A DNA stretch of 64,000 nt from Lama glama (Eukaryota): NCBI GenBank assembly GCA_028534125.1, contig CM052816.1, positions 80,044,001 to 80,108,000 on the forward strand, given 5' to 3'. This document shows, piece by piece, positions 36,200-48,339 of the stretch; the first letter of the stretch is position 1, and every line of letters begins with the position of its first letter. The notes under the pieces were generated by a model. The model had not been told where the DNA came from, did not search any database, and was given only the letters and a program-made list of their open reading frames with translations. A program made the position numbers and the translations under genes.

Positions 36200-37620
36200 C
36201 CATCTGCCGCGCCTGCTGCCCCTCCTGGCTCTGAGCACCCCTTCCACAGACGCGGGGTACGAGGTCCAAACTCAAAGAAGAGCATAAGCCAGGGGTTAGC
36301 AGACAAACTCTGCAAACTGCAGAAACAAAACCGCGGACACAAAAACCTGCGTAAGGCAGCAGCGACGGGAGGGTAGGTTCGGGAGGGTACCCACCCTCCT
36401 GACAGAGGTTGGAGTAGATGGCGGGCGGGCGCCCCTCTCGCGGCTCCACATCCTCCCTCCTCCCGAAGTCCCAGCTGCCCAGAGTCAGCCCGAACTCCAG
36501 CATCTCTCCTCTCGGCCCTCCCCAAAGCTGCGATGGAGAAAAGGACAAGGAAGACGGTGAGCGAGGGGCAGTCGCGGGCCCGGAGTGGCCTCGCCTGCAT
36601 CCTTGAACCAGCTGAGGGCTCCTGGAGTTAGAAAAGGAACAATAGCGGACCCTCGGTCGCCCGAGCCCTCGGAGTCTCCCGCTCGCGCCTTCCTCCCCAG
36701 CTCCCCCAAGTTCAGCGCGGAGGCGGGTCGAGCCCAGAAGCCGGGACCTGGGGGAGCCAGGCACCCGGCGGGCCAGGCAGGTGGGCCAGGGAACTGACTT
36801 CGTGCGCCCAGAACGCCCCGCCGGGGGCTGGTCATTCATTCCCAGCCGCGCTCCCTCCGCAGCTCCCCCGGCCCCTAGGGAAGAAAAGCCCTCTCCTAAC
36901 TTGGCTCGTCCTCTTTCTGTGCTCCGACCCCCACCAGCCTCCTCTGCCTCCGTTTCTCAATCTGCCCCTTGCAGACAGTTGGCGGCCGGCGGGGACAAGG
37001 GAGCAGTGGCGGGACCCTCGCTGCCACCCCGCCAAGCCACTCTGCCCCGCGCGCCGTCCGCGCCGCCTCCTTCCCCTGCCGAGCCCCAGACACAAAGGCG
37101 GGGACCGGAGCGGGGGACCCCGCTCCGGCGAGCCTCCCAACTCTCCGCGCCGCGCACTCACCCCATCCAGGCGGCGGCGGCTCCCGCTCCCTGCTGGCTG
37201 CGCCACCCTGCCGGCCGCTTCCCCAGGAAAACGCGGCCGCCGGGCTCGCTTCCTGCTCGGCTTCCTGCGCCTCAGTCCCTCCTCCTCCCCCGCTGCGGGG
37301 GTCAGTGGGCGCCGCGGCTCCCGGGCTGGGCCGGCGGGGCGGGGGCAGCCGCAGCACCACCACGTGGCCGCCCGGCGCCGGCCCCCGCCGGCCCGGATCC
37401 CGCGGGAGCGGGAAGGGAGGTGCTAACCATTCCCCTCCCCTTCCACCCCGCGCGGCCCCAAATTCCGCGAGTCAGGTGATCCGGCCCCGCGCTCCGGCCG
37501 GGACCTGCGGGAGGTCTCCCGGCCCGGCAGCCGCCCCCTCCCGGGGCCTGCGCGCCCTCGGCGTCCGCGTCTTGCTTTCAGTTTTCCACAGATCGTAGGA
37601 CTCTCCCGCGTGGATCTGTT
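36200..37620. promoter_or_regulatory. RAI14: CpG island promoter of RAI14
   Basis: Very GC/CpG-dense stretch in a CpG-depleted window; GC box GGGGCGGGG 37336-37344, E-box CACGTG 37361-37366, tandem ETS-type CTTCCTG at 37249-37255 and 37261-37267. Confidence 0.9.
37162..37310 (-). other. RAI14: Probable non-coding exon 1 of RAI14 (5' end approximate)
   Basis: Consensus donor GGG|GTGAGT (GT at 37161-37160) within the CpG island, on the same strand as exon 2 and downstream of GC boxes; the TSS cannot be fixed from sequence alone. Confidence 0.7.
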
Positions 37621-40006
37621 TCATCGTCATCACCTGAAGTTAGTGGAAACCACCAGTGCTCTGACCCCCGGCTTTAGGACGGATGAGATCCTGAATAGTA
37701 TTCATTTATGGTTAACGTCCAGAGTCGTTTGTGGTCGTGAGGGTGTTAAAGTCACTGATCCAAGCGCCCTCTAATCAAATCGGTTGTATTTTCCAAAATT
37801 ATCGAACAGAAAGTAAACTAGAATATGCTCACAGTCTCCGGACTGAACCAGTTGGTTGGAGTGACTGTTTCCTAACGCTCATCAGGTGGCAGGCGAAAAC
37901 TCCCAGAGTTAAGTGTAGCTCAGGATTTAGGAAGGAGAACCCTACAGCTTAACCTGAGAGGCACAATGTGGGGGACGCCCTCTCTGCAGGGTCTGGGATG
38001 CAAATGGGAACGGCCTTGCTCCTCAAGCCCCCTAGAGCTCCTCGGCCTTCCACAGCCGGCTGAGGCCAGAGTTTGAACCGTGATGGACTCCTTTAACTCC
38101 TAGGATTTCAAAGCTCTCCACCTTTCATTTAATTTGGGAAGGCTTTGCCATTCATTCTGGTCGTGCTAACTAGCTATGGCTTAGAAAGTCTCTATTCACC
38201 AAAGCCCCCGTGTTCTGCCTGTGAACTCTTGGTTCTTTGCACAGGGCAGGAAGCTTTCTAGCATAAATAAGTGGTATGAGTCCTTTTTTGGTGGGATCCA
38301 CTCTAAATCAATTGAACTTCAAAAAAGAAAATCCAACAAAAATGAAATTTGCCTTAACAGAGTTTAGTTTACAAGATCTTGGCCAGATCTCCACCGTACC
38401 GCTACCTCCCCCACCCATCACCAAGCCAAGGAAACAACCTGTCTTAGCTTGAACAGGTGACTTACAAACAGGGAGCAAAAGCCATATAACTAATTGCATG
38501 GTCTTCCCTTCCTAAATCAAGATTTCTTAGAGAAGTGAGGAATAGCCCGTTTAAAGCAAGATGTACAACTCCTCTTCCAGTCGTTAATCCCTCTCAAATA
38601 AAATCACCCTCTAAAAGAAATGTGAACTGGTAAAGTTTTTGGTTTAATGCTGGCAATTTCCACAATACAGTTTTTCATTGTGGTTCATATGAATGGTGTA
38701 CTTTAGAGTACTTACTGGGAACAATACTGCCTCCTGTGAGATTTCTGTTCCGTTTTGAGGTCGTCCGTCTCCTTCAAGCAACGGCAGCTGGGAAGGTGGA
38801 AATCGGAGCGTGGTCCAGAGTGTTACTCTGCTTCCTTGCAAAGTTAACATGTGCATATTCTGTAGTGGAAGGAGTTAAAATATCAAACAATAATTGGGTC
38901 AGGCAGGGTCATCAGCCTTTTATTCATAGAAGCCCTGTCCCTCTCCTTTTTTTTTTTCCTTTTACATGGCCAGGTCCTGTCCCAGCCACCTGCCTGTGAG
39001 CCCACCCATATCTGTCAGCCCTGTGGCTCCCTTAGGTGGCTTGTATGCTTATTCTCCTTAATTTATAATCCTACTTTATACATCTGCAAGTCCAGCTCTG
39101 GGTGAGAGATTGTTGTGGAGGGAAGGACTCTGTACCAAGTCCAATGTGCCAAGATTCTTTTCCCGACCCCCAACTTAAAACTCAAACCACCTGTCCACAG
39201 CTTCAGTCCACAGCTGAAGTTCTGCCACCTGCGAGGGGGATCGGTGGTCAAATACCAGACTGAACGCTGTCTTCTCATTGGTTTTTTGTTTTTGTTTTGT
39301 TTTGTTTTGTTTTTGCCTAGGCCTTTTAGAAAATGCTAATTAGGTTCAGAATACATTGAATACCACCTCTTGATGGAGATCTGACCCAGGTGAAAAGGTT
39401 GGAGAGATGGCAGCAAGGATAAAATGACCATCTAAACTGCATGAAGTTGGTATAACCTTTTGGGGATGAACAGCATGTTGAACTTCAATTGGAGAATTAC
39501 CCCCAAATCAAAGTAACCATGATGTGATGTATAGCACTAGGAGTAATTAGCCCAAAGGGACCACATTTCCCAATCCCTTTGTTTTACTAAATTGCCATTT
39601 GAACTTCACCACGTGTTCGGATCTCTCCTGGCCCACTTTCCCCATCAGTAAAAGACAATGTTGAATTACATGGCCCCTAACATCCTAAAACCATTCTCCT
39701 ACTTTGAAGAGCTTTCACAAGCAATATTATCCCCACATGATATAGCAAAGCATCTGTTCTAGCAGGTCAGTCTTGTCGTACCAAAAAGATTGTAAATGCC
39801 TAAGAGTGTTGCCATCCAGGACTTAGGATCTGTAAATGAAATTCATTGATCAGTAGGGCTCAATTTCCATTTTTGAAATTAAGTAATATCACATCCCTTC
39901 TTTCTTGCTCTCTCTCTCTCATCCATACCAGTTCTCCCATATTAGGAACTCCTTAAGTCTGAGGAACCAAAGCTAAGACTTGTTGAGATAAAAAGAAACT
40001 CTCCCT

Positions 40007-40054
40007 ACACAACATTGTAAACTGACTATACTTCAATAAAAATATGTATATATA
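40007..40054 (+). mobile_element. Extremely 5'-truncated L1 (48 bp)
   Basis: acacaacattgtaaactgactatacttcaataaa matches the L1 3' ends at ~44770 and ~58010; 17-bp TSD aaaaagaaact(c/a)tccct at 39990-40006 and 40055-40071. Confidence 0.85.
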
Positions 40055-40682
40055 AAAAAGAAACTATCCCTGAAGGAGGAAATAGAGATAGCCAAAAAGT
40101 ACCCCTCCCACTCTATCTGGTGTTTGGTCAGGATCTGACTGCACTCCTGGGTCTAGTTCAAGGCAGCATCATTTAGAGGAATGTGGTGATATTGGACCTG
40201 GTCCAGAGAATGGAACAAAAACAGAAGACTGGAGAGAGAGAATCTATGGGGAAAAGGCCCAAATATTCATAGAAAAGTCACCTTTTGTGTTTTCTTGGTG
40301 ATATTTTCAAATAGGAGGAAACTGTGACATGGGAGAAATTAATAAAGTAACTTTGGCATTGCTTTTCATAATTTCATAGAACCATTGTAATAAAGTAGTC
40401 CACAAACACTGATTAGCCCATGGTTTTTCCACTTGCCAGGAAGCCAGCAGAAATTTCTCCAAGAGTGGGTTACTACCCTTTCCTTCTCAGTGATGTTGGG
40501 CACCTGCTCGGGAGGTGAGGCTGAGATGCTTGGTAAAAATACATTCCATAGCCCTGCATCAGAGCCCTGCTTGTAGGAGATGGGCAGAGAAGCTAAGCAT
40601 CTGAACCCTGACACTACAGACCTGAAAATGTCATAGGACCATCTGGTCCATCGTTTCATGTGAGGAATGGAGAGTCTGCAGA

Positions 40683-40970
40683 ACTGTGCTGTCCAGTATG
40701 GTATCCGCAAGCACCTGGGATGTCACTATCCAAACCGAGATGGGCAGTAAATGCAAAATACACACCAAATTTCAAAGATTAGAAAAAAGAGACATGTCTC
40801 ACATATTTTTTATATTGATTACCCATTGAAACACTGATATTTTGGCTATAGCATTGTAGGTTCAATATATCGTTGACACTAATTTCAGTTATTTCTTTTT
40901 ACTTTTGAAAATGTGGCTTTAAAAATTACTATCTGGCATACACTGTATTTCTATTGAGTAGAACTGCTCT
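40683..40970 (-). mobile_element. MER33 hAT-Charlie MITE
   Basis: ctgtgctgtccagtatggta..aaaatacacaccaaatttcaaagatt..tttctattgagtagaactg. Confidence 0.65.
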
Positions 40971-41037
40971 GAGGGCTAATACACACTTAGCATTTATTCT
41001 GTACCAGGGACTCTTTTAAGTGATATATTCATTAACT

Positions 41038-41180
41038 TCAGTGGCCATATACTTGATTGTCCAATCTGGGACACTTCTGAGAGTGAAGTAGGGCAGGCAA
41101 ATGCTAAACCAGCCAGGACACCAGGACAAAAGAGATAAACTGATACTGTCTTAAGCAAACTGAGATGTCAGGCCACCCTA
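41038..41180 (-). mobile_element. MER94-like hAT-Blackjack MITE inside a MIR (~40975-41370)
   Basis: Termini gtggccatat... / ...ggccacccta; internal tgtccaatctgggacacttctgagagtgaa. Confidence 0.65.
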
Positions 41181-44038
41181 ATGTTAGGTCAATTCAATGC
41201 TTATGTCAAACCTACAAGTACCATGATTATCCCCTTTGGGTACATGAGGGAAGTGGGGCACAGAGAGATTAAGTAATTTGCCCAAAGTCACACAGCTGGG
41301 ACATGGCAGTGTTGGGATTCAAACTAGGGCAGTCTGACTCTAGAGCCTTCACTCTTAACTGCTGTGCACCACTGTCCACTTAAGAGCTAATGTGGATGGA
41401 GGATTCAGTAGATGCAGCTTTTCTTAATTCTTACCGCAACTTGGACCAAGTATTATCTTGTTTTTACAGTGCAGAAACTGAGTTTTAAATAGATCCAGCA
41501 AGGCGTCCAAATCCTTGAACCCTAAAGAGTGGAGCCAAGAATTGTAGTTTGGGGTGCTTAACTCCAGAGTGGTCCCCTCGACCAGCAGTTTGCCTTGCTT
41601 TCAGGCCCCTCTATTTATAAACTACTCTCCTATGGATCTCCTTACTTCTCCCAGCTCTGGCAGAGGACTGCATAAGGAAGACTAGAACCCAGGTGTCATC
41701 ACCTTGGAACAGGCTACAAACACCCAAAGCTCAATCTTGTTGGCCTCTCCTTTCTCAGAAGGAGCACTCTAAGAGCCAACCATGCTGCCAAGTTGATTTT
41801 TCTACTGTGTATGTCAGAAATGCCAAAAAATGTCTGTCATAGAGTGATGGAGGAGGCCATTAAGAGGAGCTCACAAACATCAGGAAGGCAGTTGATTGTC
41901 AGAAAGCTCAGAGAAGGGGCTTTCACCAAGCTCCACAGTCAGAAACAATAACATGGCGTGTCATTCCCTGAATGTGCCAGGGGCAGCTTTTCTGGCTTCC
42001 TCTGCAGTGGGTCGCCATCTTGGCAGCCCATTAAAAATCACTAGTTGCCTCGGCCCCACACGCTAGAACACTAGTTAAAGTGGTCTGGTGTGGGGCTCGG
42101 GCATTGGCACTTTATACTCTCCCCCCAGATTATCATGAAGTGTGGCCACAGCTTCCTTGGCTCTCCCAACCGTGCCGGGAGCATCTGGTTCTTGATTTAG
42201 CACTGCAGGCAAAGTGACGTTAGGTGAAGAGGGTGAGGTGGTTCTTGCATTGGGCCTTGTGATAGTTGATGCTCCAGAATGATTCCTTGAAAGAATGTTT
42301 CTAAACCGAGGTGCTGTTTTTGTTGGCCTGGTCCTCTTGTTTTCTGTTATGGCGCTAAACCTCAGCTCCGGATTTTTGTCTTCTCCGTTGAGATCAACTT
42401 CTGCTTATGAGGTATTTTAATTCGTGTTCCTTCCTTATCCAAATAGTGCACCCATAATAAATCTGTGTCCTACTTTGACTGATGAGTTACTTCGCATCCA
42501 TGATGGCTTCTTGTTTATGTTTTTCAAAGGCTTCGTAGCTATTTGGCTTTTGTCACTCATTTTCACATTTCCGTCCTTGTTGCTTTCCTTACCATCCTTA
42601 GAAGACTACATGGAATAGTTTGATTCTTGTTTTCAAAATTGGTCTTTTGACTCTGTGAGGGAACACATTTTTAAGAAACACCTTCCACAGCAGACTGTGG
42701 AAGATATATGACTGGCCTAGTGTGAAGACATGTAACGGAATTCCACAAGTCCCTTGTTTGTTTCGCCTTAACACAAATTTCTCAATGATCCAAATATGTG
42801 CCTTAAGCAAGTTTCTCACATTCGAGGTGGAAGTTCTCCTAAGGTTAAGTTATTCTTCCTTCACCTTTTCCTTCAAGGAGAGTCCTGTAATTTCTTTTTC
42901 TAGGTTTCCTGTTTGTGTTTCAGCACAAAAAGATTAAGGCCGTGAAAATGGTCCTGGCTGTCCTGTGACATGCCACAGAGAAGAGGCACAACCGGGTAGA
43001 GCCAGAAAGATCGCTGTGGAAAGAGACCTTCCACGGAGCTGATGCGGGACGTGGAAGGTGCACAGAAGCCAGCAGAAGCAGGGAAAGAGGCCACGGTGAC
43101 TTCCTGCCATGGATTCCTAGAACCCTCGGAACACAAATGCCAAGAAGACAGATTGGCTTCACGATAATAGACCAGAGGGAGGAGGGCAGGGTTCTGGGGT
43201 TAAGGATTTCCAGGTCACCGTTGGCCAAGCAGAGGGGAGTTTGTCCTTTCAAATTATGTGATAGGGAAGGGAATTTTGAAGGCCATTTAGGAGAACCAGA
43301 GAACGAGGTTGGCACTGAGTTAGTCTGGGAAACTTGCCACCCAAAGACCGAGGTCTCAGGATCAAAGAGAGGGAGGAGGAGGTCTGAGTGGGTCTCTTAT
43401 TTGCCTTGTGGGCCCTGGGGAGTATTTTTAAACATTTTATTTAAACTGTGTGCCTTAAGAGGCCTCTCCACTCACACCCACCATAGCACGCTCATGTTAA
43501 GAAACAAATTATAAGGACATTCAGCGTGTTCCTTCCCATCCCAATTCGCCCTCTGACCGCACAGCCTTCTGCTCCAAGTATGTGGATTCTTACGTGCCTG
43601 TTCAGTTCAGAGGGACGGAAAACAATTCGTCTCGGAGAACTTTTAGAATAGTGCATGTGAGGCTAGTTCTGTACAAGAAGACCGGTGAGAACAGAGAAGC
43701 TGGATCATGGCAGGAGCCGTCCCAGCGTGGCCTAGACAGTGGGCTTCTCGGCGCAAAGCAGTTGTCAGCTCTGGGGCAGCAGCCATGATTGACCGCCTGT
43801 TTTCTCTTTGTTTTTAAACATGCAGTAAAGATGAGAAATGAGAGAGTTTTCTTAAAAATACAAAAACAAAGAAGAAATACTACCAGGTTGTGGGGTTGAG
43901 CCCTGTCTTCCCCACTTCCTAGTGCAATTTGGGGCAGATCACTTAGTGTCTCTTGGCCTTAATTTCTTCACCTGCAACATACGGGTAATATTAGTACCTG
44001 CCTGAAGTTATTTTGGAGATTAAATAATTAATACATAT

Positions 44039-44303
44039 AAGAGGGTGTGGTGAAAAAGGAACCCTCCTTTTGGTAATGTAAATTGGTGCAGCCACTATGG
44101 AAGACAGTATGGAGTTTCCTTAAAAAAATAAAAATAGAGTTGCCGTATGATCCAGCAATCCCATTCCTGTGCATCTGTCCAGAGAAAACTCTAATTCAAA
44201 AAGATATATGCACCCCAATGTTCATAGTAGCACTATTTAAAATAGCCAAGACGTGGGAGCAACCTAAATGTCCCTCGTCAGATGAAGGGATAAAGAAGAT
44301 GTG

Positions 44304-44348
<45 letters not shown>

Positions 44349-44809
44349 GGAATACTACTCAGTCGTAAAAAAGAATGAAATAATGCCATTTGCAGCAACA
44401 TGGATGGACCTAGAAATGATCATATTAAGTGAAGTAGGTCAGAGAGAGAAAGACAAATATATATAACTTTTATGTAGACTTTATCAAAATGATACAAGTG
44501 AACTTATTTGCAAACCAGAAATAGATTCAGACATAGAAAACAAACTTATGGTTACTAAAGGAGAAAGTGGGGGTGAAGGGGGCAATAAATCAGGAATTTG
44601 GGATTAACATATCACACTACTATATATAAAATAGACAAACAGCAAGGACCCACTATATAGCACAGGGAACTGTATTCAACATCTTGTAATAACTTATAAT
44701 GAAAAAGAATCTGAAAAAGCACTTACATATATATGTAAATAACTGAATCACTGTATACCTGAAACTAACACAACATTCTAAATCAATTATACTTCAATAA
44801 ATTAAAAAA
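44039..44809 (+). mobile_element. 5'-truncated L1 (ORF2 C-terminus + 3'UTR + A tail) inserted in a MIR
   Basis: ORF 44083-44466 is the L1 ORF2 C-terminus ([31 protein letters not shown]); TSD aattaatacatat at 44026-44038 and 44810-44822; MIR sequence on both sides. Confidence 0.95.
44307..44346 (+). repeat. (CA)20 microsatellite
   Basis: Perfect dinucleotide run within the L1. Confidence 0.95.
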
Positions 44810-45824
44810 AATTAATACATATGCAGCATGTACAATAGTCCCTGGCACAGAGTAAGAACTAAATAGATAATATCAATAATTATTACTATTATGGTATATA
44901 TGGAAATCAATTCAACTGTTATTAAAAATGTCATCGGATCTAATTTAAACACTTCTGGGGTACAATTTGCTAAATCCTTATGGAAACTTTATCAACTAAT
45001 ATATAAGGTACAGCATTGAACCCACATAGAAAGAAGAAATATGAGATGTCGCTGACTTCCAAGGAGCTTCCAACCGATTTGGAGATATGACCTGCAGACA
45101 TATGTGGTCCAAGAGTCACAAAAGAAGACAGCAGACGCCTTTGCGTTGCTCCCTAGTTCTTTAGCACTGTTCTGTGGCTTTGCCAAGCCGTGTTGCTGGG
45201 CCAGCTGTGCCCTTGAAAATGCGAGGCGTATTATTCTGCTGAAATATCGTGGAGCAGTGGGAACCAAAACATAAGTAAACTCATCTCCACCCACAGGGAT
45301 TCCAAGTCTAATGTGCAGCTCGGGTTGAGAATGACTATAGTAGGCAGCTTCCATGCTAGTAAATACTGCCGTATTGAGGCATCAGGGGCATTGGGATGAG
45401 CTGCCTGTTCCAGGGATAACGGTGCCTGTTGTAAAACAGTGGCTTTAGCAAAACAGGGACGTCTTTTTCTCATATTCCGAGAAGCTGCTTGGTTTAGATC
45501 AGTGGCTCAAGGTTGTCAGGTCTGAGGTCTTTGTGATTCTCCAGATTTTCCCCACTTTGTTAGAAGACAGCTTACCCACCTACAGCACTAATTCTGTGTT
45601 CCAGACAAGCAGAAGGGGAGGAGTGGACAGTCAGTGTGGCCTGGCACCTCTTAGGGAGATTTTCTGAAAGCCCCATCCAACTTCTTAATTTTATTGGTCA
45701 AAACTGTATCACATGGCCACCCCCATTGGAAAGGAAGGGAAAGAAATACAGATTTTTTGCTGGGTACATTGTACATCAAATAAAATGGGAGTCCTACTAA
45801 TATGAAAATGGGGAGAATGGATAT

Positions 45825-46902
45825 TGGGTTTATCTGTTGCTGTAAAAGAAACAACCTCAAAACTTAGTGGCTTAAAACAACAATATAATCTAATATTTCT
45901 CAAGATTCTGTGGGTTGACCAGTTGGTTCTTCTGCTTCACATGGTATATTGCTGGGCCACTGGAATAGCCAAATGATCTGAAATGGCCTTACTTCTGTAG
46001 TTAGTGTTGGTCCTTGGCTGGGAGTTCAGCTAGGCTTTGTTGGCTGAGATGTTGGCTCTCCTTTACATGATTTCTTGGGCTTCCTTGTGGACTGTGGCTG
46101 GGTTCCAAGAAGGAATGTTCCAAGGGGATACACCTCAATATGCAAGTGCTTCTCAAGACTCCACTTATACCAGGCTTGCTGTGGCCCCATTGGCCAAAGC
46201 TAACAGCATGGCCAAGCCCGAAGTCAAAGTGGGAGGCAATTACACAAAGGCACGAGTGCCAGTGAAGGAGGACTGATAAAATGGCCGCACTTGGGCTAAC
46301 AGATTGCTTATTCTTGTGCTTGCCCTTAAAACGGTCAACTGACCTGACTGACCGGTTGCTACTCACAGTTCTAGGCCCATTGTTAAAACTACAGCTATTG
46401 ATCTTACTGTTTCTACTTTATTCCAGTAATTAAAAGTAATAATCATGCTTGGTCTCTGAGTCGATCTCCAGGGAGAAGGTCACAGAACTGTAACCTTACA
46501 AAGGAGACACACAAAGTAGGCTAAATACCAAGAAGACCACACCTTGAGCGCTTACGAGATAAAGAGATCAAAAAAGTGACAACCACTAGCCTCTATAGAA
46601 TTGGTCACCTGGAGGCATCATGATGCCACTCTAAGTCTTCTGTTGATTATTATTGAAGCTTTATTGTTTGAGCTCTGACTATATAGCCACCCCACCCCAT
46701 CCCCAAGGCGGGCTCACGGTTTTGAAGGCACCAGCCTGCTGTGAGTCCCCTTTGCCTGGCAAAGTAATAAAGCTGCCTCTTTTCTTCTAAGTTCCAAGAC
46801 TTGGTCTCTGAGTTATTTGGCTTGTCAGAGACGGGGGCCAATCTTTCAGCAACACCAGGAAGGATGGTTCATTGGGGACCAGCAAAGTACCAGTCCAACA
46901 CA
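45825..46902 (-). mobile_element. Old MaLR LTR (MLT1J/K-like) interrupted by an ERV1 LTR
   Basis: tatctgttgctgtaaaagaaacaacctcaaaacttagtggcttaaaacaac..ccattggccaaagctaacagcatggccaagccc; resumes after 46858. Confidence 0.7.
46263..46854 (+). mobile_element. ERV1-type solo LTR (592 bp)
   Basis: TG...CA termini, 4-bp TSD ccag (46259-46262, 46855-46858), TATA-like ctatatag at ~46679, AATAAA 46766-46771. Confidence 0.9.
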
Positions 46903-47627
46903 GGTGGGCATCTAGCTATCTCTGCCAAAGCATCTTTTTTGATAATTTGTTAAAGTTTATCAATGCTTGTTTTGCAGAAAACATAGAGCAATATTGTGTA
47001 AGCATTAGTTCTGAAAACCCTCACAACAACTTTAGGGGGTAAACACTCTTATTATTTCCATTTAGACATAGGAAATAGATTAGGGAAGCTTAAGAAAGTT
47101 GCTCAAGGTCACATAGTAAGAAAACACCAGGGTTGGAATTTGAACCCAGCCTGAATACTCATTTTGGATGGGGATTTGTGAGCACATTCTGGTTGCAGGA
47201 AATGGAAGGAAATCAAGTGACAGGGATCTAATAAAATAGCCATTACAAAAAATTTACCACATGTTTTTCATGCTATTCTCTTTTCTCCCCACCTGCAGCA
47301 GGTACAGAGAGAAAAGGGAAATGTCCCTGCCCATCACAGTCAAGGCAGAACTGCTGTACTGAGAGGATGCTCCCCTACTTCCTCAGCAGGTGACCTAATG
47401 CACACTGGCCCCGTCTTCACCAAGTACACACAGCCAGAAGGCAGAGGGTAAGACACATATGCCAGTTAAAGCTGGGGATGGCTCCAGAAGCCCTGGGGAA
47501 AACTGAGGGAGAAATCTGAACATCTAGGAGCCTTGACTAAGGAATTCTTCAAGTTTTCTGAAAGGGAAAAAAACAAAGTTTACTGGACTTATACTTGGAC
47601 AAGCATGTCAAAAGTGAATCATCCTAA

Positions 47628-48272
47628 TGACACAGGATGGAAGGGGGCAGGGCACAGCCACTCAAGGAATGACAGCAATTTAACACCAAAATGGTGAAAG
47701 ATTCTACTCCCATTTGGCCTTGAGGATTATGTTGGCGGGAGATCTGACTCCTAGTAGACCTTGAGCTTCATTACTTGCTCATTGTAACAGCAAGATAAAT
47801 AACATGCCCGCAGGCACCATGACAGTCCCAAGGCTAACCGCAAAAGGCCAAAGAATGGGCGGTGGCCCAGTTCCTGGGAATCCCAGCCCCTTCCCCAGGG
47901 CAGTTGGAATGGTTCCACTTGTAGGTGTGTGAAGCTACTGAGCTCATTAAAAACTGGCAACACCACGCCTAGACGCCCTTTTTGGACCCTCCTCTTTGGA
48001 GATGGCCTGCACTCTATCTGTGGAGTGTGTGCCTACTTTTACTTTAACCTGAGCACCCGATTCCCACACCTCTTTCCTTGCCTTTCTCTTGCCTTACCCT
48101 CTGTGCAGTATGTATCTCTCTAAATAAATCTACCTTTACTCAACTGTGGCTTGCACTTGAATTCTTTCCTGCATGAAGCCAAGGACACACGCCTGGCGGG
48201 GCACATCCCAGGGGCTCAAGTGAGACCTGGGACATGGGCCTCCTCACACCCCACATCAATTTTCCTGCATCA
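47628..48272 (+). mobile_element. ERV1-type solo LTR (645 bp), MER41-like
   Basis: TG...CA termini, 4-bp TSD ctaa (47624-47627, 48273-48276), AATAAA at ~48123; family name from recollection only. Confidence 0.85.
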
Positions 48273-48339
48273 CTAACATGCTAGAAACACCTTAAAGTGA
48301 TGAAAAGTCCAGTGAAGATGCTATACTTTTTCCGTTTAA

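Noticed and set aside
36013..37598. Long overlapping ORFs (up to 232 aa) on both strands
   Set aside because: Pro/Ala/Gly/Arg-rich open frames are expected from stop-codon scarcity in a CpG island; no recognisable domain.
37600..44000. Exons of a divergent plus-strand lncRNA (e.g. acceptor-like site near 42903)
   Set aside because: Plausible for a CpG-island promoter, but isolated splice-like motifs cannot define exons without transcript data.
44083..44466. 127-aa ORF as a functional gene
   Set aside because: C-terminal remnant of L1 ORF2 in a 5'-truncated copy.
8727..46854. The two related LTRs as the ends of one provirus
   Set aside because: They are 37 kb apart with no gag/pol/env or primer-binding site, enclose host exons, and the right copy has its own TSD.
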